A DNA stretch of 63,309 bases, the filler included, from Octopus bimaculoides (taxonomy: Eukaryota): assembly GCF_001194135.2 (NCBI RefSeq). It is 6 parts of 6 records of this genome, joined end to end, with 100 filler letters (N's around TTAATTAATTAA, not from the genome) between each part and the next. Parts side by side here need not be neighbours in the genome. Positions count along the whole stretch, not along the records: positions 1 to 13,371 come from NC_068994.1; positions 13,472 to 31,918 come from NW_026320544.1; 4 more parts are not named here. One strand, 5' to 3'. The notes beneath the pieces are model-generated. The model saw only the letters and a list, made by a program, of their open reading frames with translations, did no database searches and was not told the origin of the DNA. The translations under genes were made by a program, and so were the position numbers. Below, in pieces: positions 12,972 to 24,677 of this stretch; within the stretch, counting starts at the first letter, position 1; each line of letters begins with the position of its first letter.

Positions 12972-13371
12972 CACAGGCACTTACACGTAGATAGTGACCC
13001 AGACGTGAACGCCTCACTTGGTTCGTTAAAGTTTTGATGGACGTTAAGACGAAATTCCATCAGTCCCGAGTCACGGTTACCATGGCGACGGCTACAGCTC
13101 TGATCGACCTAATGTCCACTTTGTCACTTGGCTGATGCATCACCTGTCAATACCTCCACCTCGCTAGTCTCACATCACCACCACCGCCAACAACAACAAC
13201 AACAACAACATCAACCATTGCCACAGACATTATCTTTTCCAATTCCATCTATACCATCTCCATCACCATAACGAACCTACAGCTTCATCTTTTATCCATT
13301 TCTTCATCCATCATTTCACCCCCTCCCCCCCACCTCAACATGTCCCCCTCCTGCTTCTAAATCCAAACCTA

Positions 13372-13471
13372 NNNNNNNNNNNNNNNNNNNNNNNNNNNNN
13401 NNNNNNNNNNNNNNNTTAATTAATTAANNNNNNNNNNNNNNNNNNNNNNNNNNNNNNNNNNNNNNNNNNNN
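13372..13471. other. Artificial scaffold linker (44 N + TTAATTAATTAA + 44 N)
   Basis: Exact 100-nt layout; the 12-mer places stop codons in all six frames. Confidence 0.95.
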
Positions 13472-13782
13472 TCGATGTAACTTTCATATTATCAAGATAT
13501 TTTCGGTTGGAGTAGCTAGCTGAGTACCCCTTCGTTGAGTAATTATTACATCAGAGGATCTGGATTTTATCTGTTCCACTCATTCAATTAGGATATGTAT
13601 ATATATATGTATGTGTGTGTGTGTATGTGTGTGTTTGAGTGTGTGTATACACAGAGAGAGAGTGAGAAATGTTATATTTCTAAATTTCTCAAAGAGAGTT
13701 ATGCAGTAATAGCACGATAAAGTGATGGCTTGTTGCCAACTTGATAGGGGAGATAAGCACCGCCACCCAACAAAGCCAGCAT

Positions 13783-13823
13783 CTAGAGACTGGATTCAGA
13801 GTTATTGCTCTCCATCAGTCTGG
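13783..13823 (-). ncRNA. Degenerate minimal type I hammerhead motif, family B
   Basis: Minus strand reads CCAGA-CUGAUGG-AGAG(CAAUAA)CUCU-GAAU-CCAGUC^UCUAG; core substitutions at A9 and A15.1. Confidence 0.55.
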
Positions 13824-14013
13824 AGTAACTTCACCTTGCTAGATGTTGCTACTAATTTGCTGCTGAAAACTTATAGAATTTGAAGTGAAATACATTCCCT
13901 GATCTGCAAAAACAGAAATATTACATTTCTAAATCTCTCAGAGAGAGTTGTGCAATACCAACACGATAAAGTGATGACTTGTTGCCAAATTAATATGACA
14001 GTCCCAGGAAAGA

Positions 14014-14054
14014 GAAGAATAATGAAGAGCAATAACCCTGAAACTAGTCTCTGG
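14014..14054 (+). ncRNA. Degenerate minimal type I hammerhead motif, family B (inverted partner)
   Basis: GAAGA-AUAAUGA-AGAG(CAAUAA)CCCU-GAAA-CUAGUC^UCUGG. The 3' half is intact with palindromic ACUAGU; the 5' core is mutated at C3 and G5. Confidence 0.55.
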
Positions 14055-14221
14055 ATGCTGGTTTTGTTCGGTGGAGGTGATTATCTCCCCTGTTTGAAAA
14101 TTTAAGAACAAAGAATGTTTGTATCACGTGGCCAAGTAGGAATGGTGTTTTGGGGGTTTAAATAACAGTAACGTACTTCACATTCCTGGGACTGCCACAT
14201 TAAGATGGCAACAAGCCATCA

Positions 14222-14257
<36 letters not shown>

Positions 14258-14724
14258 TGTTTGTATATATGTATACACATATATATATATAGGATATATA
14301 TTAGGATACGTATAANNNNNNNNNNNNNNNNNNNNNNNNNNNNNNNNNNNNNNNNNNNNNNNNNNNNNNNNNNNNNNNNNNNNNNNNNNNNNNNNNNNNN
14401 NNNNNNNNNNNNNNNNNNNNNNNNNNNNNNNNNNNNNNNNNNNNNNNNNNNNNNNNNNNNNNNNNNNNNNNNNNNNNNNNNNNNNNNNNNNNNNNNNNNN
14501 NNNNNNNNNNNNNNNNNNNNNNNNNNNNNNNNNNNNNNNNNNNNNNNNNNNNNNNNNNNNNNNNNNNNNNNNNNNNNNNNNNNNNNNNNNNNNNNNNNNN
14601 NNNNNNNNNNNNNNNNNNNNNNNNNNNNNNNNNNNNNNNNNNNNNNNNNNNNNNNNNNNNNNNNNNNNNNNNNNNNNNNNNNNNNNNNNNNNNNNNNNNN
14701 NNNNNNNNNNNNNNNNNNNNNNNN

Positions 14725-15870
14725 TCGACAGTCTGAACCTAAGGTACCCAAAAAGTTAAATGCTGCAAAATTCAAATTCCCAAGCAAGTTGCAAAGATTC
14801 CACGATGTTATAGAAAGTATCAATCTTGACCCAAGCAATTTATGGGAAAATTTCAAAACAAAAGTGTTTCAGGCTGCAAGTTCGTCAGAGAGATCTAAAT
14901 CGTAATATGTCCGGTGACTCGTTCTCAGAGAGATCAACAGAAATTCATGATCTACTTTTAGAAAAACAAAACTTAAGCAATACACTTCTTTCTCAGTCCT
15001 TGAAACCTAAGCTGAAAGGGGAAGTGCAGACTGCTCTAAGGAAAAGTGAACAGGAATGATGGAATGATAGAGCAAAAGAGGCACAAGAAGCAGCTGATAG
15101 AAATGACGCCAAGGTTTTGTACTCTTGTGTTAAGGAGGTATATGGCTCCAAATCTTCTTCAATAATTTCAGTGAGAACAGCAAATGGTAATTTGTTTCTG
15201 ACTGACACCGCTTCTATTCATAAGTGCTGGGTACAAAACATTTTTCTACACTTTTGAATAGACCATCATCCGCTGACATGGGGATGATAGAAGAGATCAA
15301 ACACCTTTCAGTTATTGGGGAGATGACATTTGAACCAACTCTAAATGATATTTATTTAGCTGTAAATGAACTGAATAGCAGTAAGTCTCCAGGGTCTGAT
15401 GGAATTTGTGCAGAAGTCTTGAAATATGGTGGGGGCGACAAGATGTTTGAACTCTAAAATATATTAATTTGCCACTGTTGGAGAAATGAGAAGGTGCCTC
15501 AAGACTGGATTGATGCCATTTTAGTCTCTGTATAAATCGGGACCAAAGGACGTATGTGGTACTTTTCTTGGGATTTCACTTTTGTCTGTGGTTGGAAAGG
15601 TACTTGTTCGCATTCTGTTAGAAGGTTTAACTACATTCATAATTCCAAATATGGTTGTTTGAGTCGCAATGTGGTTTTCGCTCCTCCAGCGCCACAGTTG
15701 ATTGTATCTTTACTATCAAACAATTTCAGGTAAGGTGCATTGAACAGAATATTGCTCTATGCCAATGCTTTTTTGATTTGAATAAAGTATTCGATACAGT
15801 TAATCGAAATGTACTGTGGCTAATTCTAAGGAAAAGTTTGTAAACATGATCAGGGCTTTGCATCAAAATA
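14725..15870 (+). mobile_element. Decayed RTE-clade LINE, reverse transcriptase fragment with stops and frameshifts
   Basis: Pieces read PTLNDIYLAVNELNSSKSPGSDGICAEVLKYGG, WRNEKVPQDWIDAILVSLYK, GISLLSVVGKVL and ESQCGFRSSSATVDCIFTIKQFQVRCIEQNIALCQCFFDLNKVFDTVNRNVLWLIL, which are RTE/BovB-type RT motifs. Confidence 0.85.
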
Positions 15871-17830
15871 TGAAAGATCAAAAGATGTTCTATGATCTTC
15901 AAAGATCAGAACTTAACTGTGGGTCTTGGCGACCCAAATCAGATATGCAATCCATGTGGATGTCTTTTCAAGACATTTTCTGGTTTAAAAGTTGAGGCCT
16001 TTACAGAAAGAAAACAAATGGGTGAAGGTTCGCTACTGCTGTTTCAGAAAACTCTGAATGACCCGTCCTTGTTTTCTTTGTATCGTCTATCTGGATGATT
16101 TGTTGTCCCTTTTTTGTATCACCTAACTGTCTGGATGTTTTGCGTTCTTGTCCCATTTTGTATTTATATTTATATTACATATATATAGTGTACGTACGCC
16201 GCTATATATATNNNNNNNNNNNNNNNNNNNNNNNNNNNNNNNNNNNNNNNNNNNNNNNNNNNNNNNNNNNNNNNNNNNNNNNNNNNNNNNNNNNNNNNNN
16301 NNNNNNNNNNNNNNNNNNNNNNNNNNNNNNNNNNNNNNNNNNNNNNNNNNNNNNNNNNNNNNNNNNNNNNNNNNNNNNNNNNNNNNNNNNNNNNNNNNNN
16401 NNNNNNNNNNNNNNNNNNNNNNNNNNNNNNNNNNNNNNNNNNNNNNNNNNNNNNNNNNNNNNNNNNNNNNNNNNNNNNNNNNNNNNNNNNNNNNNNNNNN
16501 NNNNNNNNNNNNNNNNNNNNNNNNNNNNNNNNNNNNNNNNNNNNNNNNNNNNNNNNNNNNNNNNNNNNNNNNNNNNNNNNNNNNNNNNNNNNNNNNNNNN
16601 NNNNNNNNNNNNNNNNNNNNNNNNNNNNNNNNNNNNNNNNNNNNNNNNNNNNNNNNNNNNNNNNNNNNNNNNNNNNNNNNNNNNNNNNNNNNNNNNNNNN
16701 NNNNNNNNNNNNNNNNNNNNNNNTATATACATATATATTGCATATACATATATATATACACATATACAAACATATATACATATATATGGATACATATATA
16801 TCAACATATATATACATATATACATATACATACATATATATATATACATATATATTTACATATATACATGCATACATATATTTACATATATACATGCATA
16901 CATATATACATATATATACACATATATACATACATATATANNNNNNNNNNNNNNNNNNNNNNNNNNNNNNNNNNNNNNNNNNNNNNNNNNNNNNNNNNNN
17001 NNNNNNNNNNNNNNNNNNNNNNNNNNNNNNNNNNNNNNNNNNNNNNNNNNNNNNNNNNNNNNNNNNNNNNNNNNNNNNNNNNNNNNNNNNNNNNNNNNNN
17101 NNNNNNNNNNNNNNNNNNNNNNNNNNNNNNNNNNNNNNNNNNNNNNNNNNNNNNNNNNNNNNNNNNNNNNNNNNNNNNNNNNNNNNNNNNNNNNNNNNNN
17201 NNNNNNNNNNNNNNNNNNNNNNNNNNNNNNNNNNNNNNNNNNNNNNNNNNNNNNNNNNNNNNNNNNNNNNNNNNNNNNNNNNNNNNNNNNNNNNNNNNNN
17301 NNNNNNNNNNNNNNNNNNNNNNNNNNNNNNNNNNNNNNNNNNNNNNNNNNNNNNNNNNNNNNNNNNNNNNNNNNNNNNNNNNNNNNNNNNNNNNNNNNNN
17401 NNNNNNNNNNNNNNNNNNNNNNNNNNNNNNNNNNNNNNNNNNNNNNNNNNNNNNNNNNNNNNNNNNNNNNNNNNNNNNNNNNNNNNNNNNNNNNNNNNNN
17501 NNNNNNNNNNNNNNNNNNNNNNNNNNNNNNNNNNNNNNNNNNNNNNNNNNNNNNNNNNNNNNNNNNNNNNNNNNNNNNNNNNNNNNNNNNNNNNNNNNNN
17601 NNNNNNNNNNNNNNNNNNNNNNNNNNNNNNNNNNNNNNNNNNNNNNNNNNNNNNNNNNNNNNNNNNNNNNNNNNNNNNNNNNNNNNNNNNNNNNNNNNNN
17701 NNNNNNNNNNNNNNNNNNNNNNNNNNNNNNNNNNNNNNNNNNNNNNNNNNNNNNNNNNNNNNNNNNNNNNNNNNNNNATCGCAAGCCACTATACAATCAT
17801 TATTTTCTCTCCTTGTTTCTTTCTGTGTTC

Positions 17831-17866
17831 CTTTCTGTGGAAGAGTGTAGGCTCAAAACGTTAAAG
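17831..17866 (+). ncRNA. Degenerate minimal hammerhead-like motif, family C
   Basis: CUUU-CUGUGGA-A-GAGU(GUAG)GCUC-AAAA-CGUU^AAAG: stems I and II pair, AACGUU palindrome present, core differs at positions 6 and 12. Confidence 0.45.
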
Positions 17867-17894
17867 ACTTTTTCATTTCCCGAGCGTTGAACTA

Positions 17895-18310
17895 ATACAT
17901 CAACGACTGGGAGAGACTGACTCTATTTCCTGGAACGAAGGCGGGAAAGATATTTAAGTAATATACATCTGGAAAATCGTATAAAAACTTTGGCATTGTC
18001 AGTTACATAAACAGCAGGATGGGGCGCCACTGCATAGAACCAATAACACCAAGAATGCAATCAGGATACAGAACCAGATACTGCAACAGCTTAGGCTTCA
18101 AAGGCCCACAGCTCTTCAATATCTTTCCACAAAGACCTGTACTGTGTGGATGTAGGCTCTTTCAAAACGAAACTGGACCTCATCCTATTAAGAGTTCCTG
18201 ATGAACATACCTCAACGCAAGAAACACAGATGAGAGCAGCAACGTTGAACTCCCTCATCCTCCAAATGTCACACGTCAGAGGTGGTTTAGTGAAAGCGTA
18301 GCACTGTATG
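17895..18310 (+). mobile_element. 3' fragment of a CR1/L2-like LINE ORF2
   Basis: Degenerate (YS)LERRRERY motif, RYCNSLGFKGPQLFNIFP and FKTKLDLILLRVPDE, typical of the C-terminal end of invertebrate CR1-group ORF2. Confidence 0.65.
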
Positions 18311-19854
18311 GCTGCAGTCCTTGAACTGAAAAGAAAGAAGAATACACACACACACACACACGCATGCACGTATGCACGCACACTCACACACACACACACA
18401 CAAACACTTGATGCAGTTACGATATGTAAAGAAAGGAGTTATCAATTTTTTTTTAATATTTGAAAAAAGCAGAATGCCACGATCCTTTGAGAAAGGAACT
18501 ATCGCATTATATATATCTGTGTGTGGGGGGTAAGTNNNNNNNNNNNNNNNNNNNNNNNNNNNNNNNNNNNNNNNNNNNNNNNNNNNNNNNNNNNNNNNNN
18601 NNNNNNNNNNNNNNNNNNNNNNNNNNNNNNNNNNNNNNNNNNNNNNNNNNNNNNNNNNNNNNNNNNNNNNNNNNNNNNNNNNNNNNNNNNNNNNNNNNNN
18701 NNNNNNNNNNNNNNNNNNNNNNNNNNNNNNNNNNNNNNNNNNNNNNNNNNNNNNNNNNNNNNNNNNNNNNNNNNNNNNNNNNNNNNNNNNNNNNNNNNNN
18801 NNNNNNNNNNNNNNNNNNNNNNNNNNNNNNNNNNNNNNNNNNNNNNNNNNNNNNNNNNNNNNNNNNNNNNNNNNNNNNNNNNNNNNNNNNNNNNNNNNNN
18901 NNNNNNNNNNNNNNNNNNNNNNNNNNNNNNNNNNNNNNNNNNNNNNNNNNNNNNNNNNNNNNNNNNNNNNNNNNNNNNNNNNNNNNNNNNNNNNNNNNNN
19001 NNNNNNNNNNNNNNNNNNNNNNNNNNNNNNNNNNNNNNNNNNNNNNNNNNNNNNNNNNNNNNNNNNNNNNNNNNNNNNNNNNNNNNNNNNNNNNNNNNNG
19101 CATTCATACGTACATGCATGCAAACATATTTATGTAGGCAGATACCTGTTACATACATCCAAATAAATAATCTTTCTACAGTAGCTGCCCCCTTTATTTA
19201 TTTATTTATTTATTTATTTGTTTATTTATTCCTTTATTCGTTCATTCCCTTTTTTTTTTTTTTCTTTTATCATTTTCTACAGCATATTTTGAAGGGAAAT
19301 TATGTCTGTTTACTGACTAGCAGTTTTTATCGGCTCTCCTATCAGAGCCTTCAACCGATAGCCATAATTCACTAGCCTATTTCAAACCCTAGTCAAGCTA
19401 CGGTTCATCATAAATCTAGCTTGTCGTTCTTTACCATTCATCTACAAACATACATGTTGCAAGATACGCTGCGCTTATCTTGCGAGGCGATGATGGCGGC
19501 GGCGATGACGGCAGCGCTGATGGCGGTGATTGTAGGAAGCAAGGGAGGGCAGCCAACCTAACCGACTAATGAAACGTCATTTCCTTATTACTGCTATTTA
19601 TTATTACTTCAATGTGATTTTGTTTTGTCTCATTTTTTGTCTCATTTATTGTCTGTAGATGATGTATGTATGTAGTTATCTATAAAATAGGTATATGTGT
19701 GTGCAAATCTGAGTATTTTTGGTGGATGTGTGTGTGTGTGTGTGTTTGTGTATTTTATATATGTGTATAAATATGGGTTTTGTATGTTTTCATATACTTA
19801 TATGTACGCAGTTTCTCATGTTTATATATATGGTTATATATACACATATACGCA

Positions 19855-19904
<50 letters not shown>

Positions 19905-20059
19905 NNNNNNNNNNTGTGTGTTTATATATATATATATATATATATACTTATGTATCTATATGCACACAAATATTACTTATAAGTATAATTATACGCTGTT
20001 CTACTTTAATGTTGTTCAGTGTACATAATAATAACAATAATAATAATAATAATAATAAT

Positions 20060-20114
<55 letters not shown>

Positions 20115-20579
20115 TATATATGTATGCATATACATGTATATATATTATATATATATATATATATATAGCTTAAATGGATACGTGAATGAACACTATATCG
20201 ACAGGCACGTTATGCTTCCAGTCGGCACTTAAAACTTTTTAAGTTATATTTTCCAACTTAGTATCAATAATGATTTCGTGAATGCATTTGTTGTTTTTCT
20301 AATTTATTTTTCTTAGAATAAACAGCTGTCTTGTCAACATTAACCAACAAAGTTTTCCTTGTTTATTATTTTTTTGTTTTTAACCTTTTACTTCATAACC
20401 AGCTTGACGACTTGTTAATCGTTGGTGGTTTCGCATCAGTTAAATTCGCTTCCTTTTATATTTCATTTAGCAAGAAAACTGTTGTAGACCATTAATTACT
20501 TCGTACCGAAGAGACTCAATTTAGGGGTGAAAAAAATTGAAATTACTGCTTCTGTCTATAAATATATAAGAGTATCTAT

Positions 20580-22305
20580 AAGAGCGGTGAGCTGGAAGAA
20601 TGGTTAGTGCACCGGGCAAAATGTTTAGTAGCATTTCAGTTCTCTTTACGTTCCGAGTTCAAATTCTTCCGTGGTCGACTTTACCTTTCATCCTCTCGGA
20701 GACGATAAAATAAGTATCAATTGAGCACTGGGGTCGAGGTAATCGACTTCCCCCTCCCTCAAAATTGCAAGCCTTGTATCAAAATTTGAAACCAATATAA
20801 GATTAATATGCAAGGCGTTTAGCAGGTAGAATCGTTAGCGCGACGAACAAAATGCTTAGTGGCATTTCGTCCGTCTTTGCTATTTGCGTTCAAATTCCTC
20901 TAAGGTCGACTTTGCCTTTCATCCTTTCGAGGTCGATAAAATAAGTACCAGTCGAGCACTGAGGGCGAAGATAAATATCCGCCCTCGAAATTGTAAGCCT
21001 TGTGTCAAAATGTGAATCCACTAGAGTAATACATAACAGGGCGGCGCGCTGGTAGAATCGTTAGCACCCCGGGCGAAATGCTTAGCGATATTTCGTTTGC
21101 CTCTATGTTCTGAGTTCAATTTCCGCTGAGGTCGACTTTGCCTTTCATCCTTTCGGGGGTTGATAAATTAAGTACCAGTTACGCACTGGGGTTGATGTAA
21201 TCGACTTAATCCCTTTGCTGTTCTTGTTTGTCCCCTCTATGTTTGGCCCCCTGTGGGCAATAAAGAAAGAAATAAATATATAAGGAGGCGAGCTGGTAGA
21301 ATCGTTAGCGCGGAGGACATTTTGCCTAGCGGCATTTTGTCTTTGTGATGTGCGTTCAAATTCCTTTCGGGGTTTATAAAATAAAATGATAGGCTTGGCC
21401 CAAAATTTGAAACTAATATTTATTTCTTTATTGCTCTCAAGGGGCTAAACATATAGAGAACAACCAAGGACAGATAAAGAGATTAAGTCGATTACATCGA
21501 CCCCAGTACGCAACTGGTACTTATTTAATTGACACCGAAAAGATAAAAGGCAAAGTCGACCTCGGCGGAATTTGAACTCAGAACATAACGACAATCGAAA
21601 TAACACTACGCATTTCGCCAGGCGTGCTAACGTTTCTGCCAGCTTACCGACTTATTTGAAACTAATATTAAAGAGTATATAACTGAAACAAGTTACTCAA
21701 TTCAAATTAAATAAATATCCATTAAGTTTATTTTACTGTCAAGAAGAAAATTAAAATTGATCCGTGGCAAGATGGTCCTAATGCCTTTAATGAAAATGGG
21801 ACAAGCAATAAATTGGGAACAACAAAATGAATATTTTTATAGTTTATTTTATAATTTTTTGTAGCTACCATGCTTTATTAGGTGGTTCATCTATTTATCT
21901 ATTTATTTATTTATTTATGCGGTAAGTTGACAGAATCGTTAGCACGCCGGGCGAAATGCTTAGCGATATTTCGTCATCCTTTCGGGGATCGATAAATTAA
22001 GTACCAGTTACGCACTGGGGTCGATGTAATCGACTTAAATCGTTTGTCTGTCCTTGTGCGTCTCCTCTGTGTGTAGCCCCTTGTGGGCAGTAAAGAAATA
22101 AGAATCGTTAGCACATCGGGCCAAATGCTTAGTACTATTTCGTCTGTCTTTACGTTCTGGGTTCAAATTCCGCTGAGTTCGACTTGGCCTTTCATCATTT
22201 CGCGATCAATGAAGTATATACCAGTTGAACGCTGTGGTCGATGTTAATGGCTAGCTCCTCCGGCAAAATTTCTAGCCGTGTGCCTATAGTTGAAAGGATT
22301 ATTAT
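20580..22305 (+). mobile_element. Cluster of at least seven tRNA-headed SINE copies (six plus, one minus at about 21425-21650)
   Basis: Repeated head ggcgagctggcagaatcgttagcacgccgggcgaaatgcttagc...gttctgagttcaaattcc and body cctttcatcctttcggggtcgataaattaagtaccag. Resembles described octopus tRNA-SINEs; exact family name not verified. Confidence 0.85.
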
Positions 22306-24631
22306 TGTTGTTGTGGACGCTATTGCTCTTTTTGCGTCATTTCTGCAGGGAGTTGTGAAATATTGTAGGATTTTGTTAGTTTCCATTAATTTATTCGTTA
22401 TTTCTGTCCGACTAATAGTTTGTTTTTACGTTCCATCTTGGGTGTACAAAAAAATAAAATTATTCAGTAATAAACTGGCTGTTATTATCTTTAGAGTGCA
22501 TAAGACGTCTGGAATATTTGATCTTATGCAGTCGACTTTAATTGCCCATCAACAATCCGCGCATACCGGTTATCAATTGACTAGGTGAGTGCCAATAGAT
22601 CAAATACGAGACTGTTGATAATTAGCAAATCAAAATGTCTTGGTTAAAGGAACTCTAGGCGAAAAAAACTGTGTGACAGGCCAGGCAAGCCAAACAAGCT
22701 GTAATTCCAAATGTTGTTCGAGAAATCAGAAGTATTGTGAAATAGGTTGTTTTTGCAGACAATGTTTTTTAGAAAGTCCGAGAGTATTTACTGATAACGG
22801 AGTTAATTATTTAATTTACCAATCATGTTGATATTGAATATTCTGAGAGATAACAACAAACGGATAAATGTCAGTATATTTTATTTGCATTGGATAAAAT
22901 TGGTATTTAAATGTGTAGTGCGATGATGAACGTGCTTAAATGACTATGTCAAGTTGAAGTGAACCAGATAACACGTTCGAATCGTGCCACGCGTCACAAA
23001 GTTAATCACCAACTCAATGACAGCCTAGCTATACAGTTAGTGGTTAACAGAAACTGTGACACTCGTCGCAACAAGTGCACAGTAAGGTCACCAACTGTAG
23101 GCAGCACAAATGTTAATGGTAAATATACAGACATGCAAACATAACAGACCACCAACATATATGACTGACATTTGTTATATAACAGAACCGACTCACCATT
23201 TTGCATGCTTCCACACTGCTCCCTCTATAGTTCTTTTTTTTTTTTTTGCTTCCTCTCGTAGGAAATATTGTTATAAAAGAAAACCAGCGGATCTATATAG
23301 AAGCCTGTCTCCACAACTGTTTCACTATTTACTTATTTACGCGACACTTATATCAATATTGGGATTTCTAAAAAGTTTATTTTCTTCTCCCTACCTAGTC
23401 TTCTACAATATACACTTTTGTTTCCGAAAATAAATAAGTTGCCCCTTAGCAGTCAGTAAAAATGTCTCTACAAATGTAATTGCTTTCTACTTTCAGCCGA
23501 ATTCTCACATTTTCCATAATACAGATTTTTAAAAAAAATACCAATGCTGAGTGCTAGCTAGATTGGCAGACCTGAAAGAACGCCAGACCGGATGCCTTGC
23601 GATATTTATTGCGTTCTTTGCATTCTGAGTTCAAATCCTATTCTGGTCAATTTGTACAGTAAACTCGATCCGTTGCCCGCTTTATCTCCACCCTTTGCCA
23701 CATGGAGTGTCTTTTAACAGAGTTAGTCCTGCCACTACAAGCATTCGAACCAATAGCTTCCACTTTGAGGATACATTTTTTCCTCCTTGCTATCAGTTAA
23801 AAACAAAAACCTCAGGAGTAATCTTTTCTACTATAGGCACAAAGCCTGACATTTTGGAGGAGTCTAGTCGATTACATCGCCCCCACTCTCCAGTGCTCAA
23901 CTGGTACTTATTTTATCGACCCCGAAAGCATGAAAAGCAAAGTCGATCTCGGCGCCATTTGAATTCAAAACATTAAGACGGACAAAATACCACTAAGTCT
24001 CTTTTTTATTCCGGTTCGATAACAAGTCAATCAGCTCGCCGCCTGAACAAAACATTAATAAATAATATAATAATTAATAACGTCATTATTATCATCCATG
24101 TTACGTTAATATTAATGGAATAATAAAGAAAACTATCACTTTCAGATATATATACAGTGTATGACCTTGTGTTAATGTAGACATCAATGTTATACATTTT
24201 GGCACCTTTATTTCATTTCTCATATTTAACAATATATTTCTTGCACATTTCAAATAATTATATTTACAAACAAAATCGAATACACACACAGAAGGTATGT
24301 GTGTTGTTAGTTCGTGAGTCGGCTGCGGCTTTTAGGCGTTAGCTCGAGCTGCTTCTAATTCATTCTTGAATTATATATATATATATATNNNNNNNNNNNN
24401 NNNNNNNNNNNNNNNNNNNNNNNNNNNNNNNNNNNNNNNNNNNNNNNNNNNNNNNNNNNNNNNNNNNNNNNNNNNNNNNNNNNNNNNNNNNNNNNNNNNN
24501 NNNNNNNNNNNNNNNNNNNNNNNNNNNNNNNNNNNNNNNNNNNNNNNNNNNNNNNNNNNNNNNNNNNNNNNNNNNNNNNNNNNNNNNNNNNNNNNNNNNN
24601 NNNNNNNNNNNNNNNNNNNNNNNNNNNNNNN

Positions 24632-24677
<46 letters not shown>

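Larger units (their letters stand above)
13666..14091. repeat. Rearranged repeat pair: direct repeat A/A' (13666-13740, 13915-13989) and inverted HHR-bearing repeat B/B' (13748-13823, 14014-14091)
   Basis: ttctaaatttctcaaagagagttatgcagtaatagcacgataaagtgatggcttgttgccaa recurs in direct orientation at about 80% identity; ggagataagcaccgccacccaacaaagccagcatctagagactggattcagagttattgctct recurs inverted. Confidence 0.8.

Noticed and set aside
13416-13427. Recurrent palindromic TTAATTAATTAA as a biological motif
   Set aside because: Always centred in exactly 44+44 N; a six-frame-stop assembly linker.
18196-18230. CCTGATGAAC...AAGAAAC as an HHR
   Set aside because: No stem II or stem I pairing; it is the VPDE codons of the LINE fragment.
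22530-22592. Small exon-like segment (tgcAG ... ctag/GTGAGT)
   Set aside because: Peptide STLIAHQQSAHTGYQLT is unrecognised; such site pairs arise by chance.
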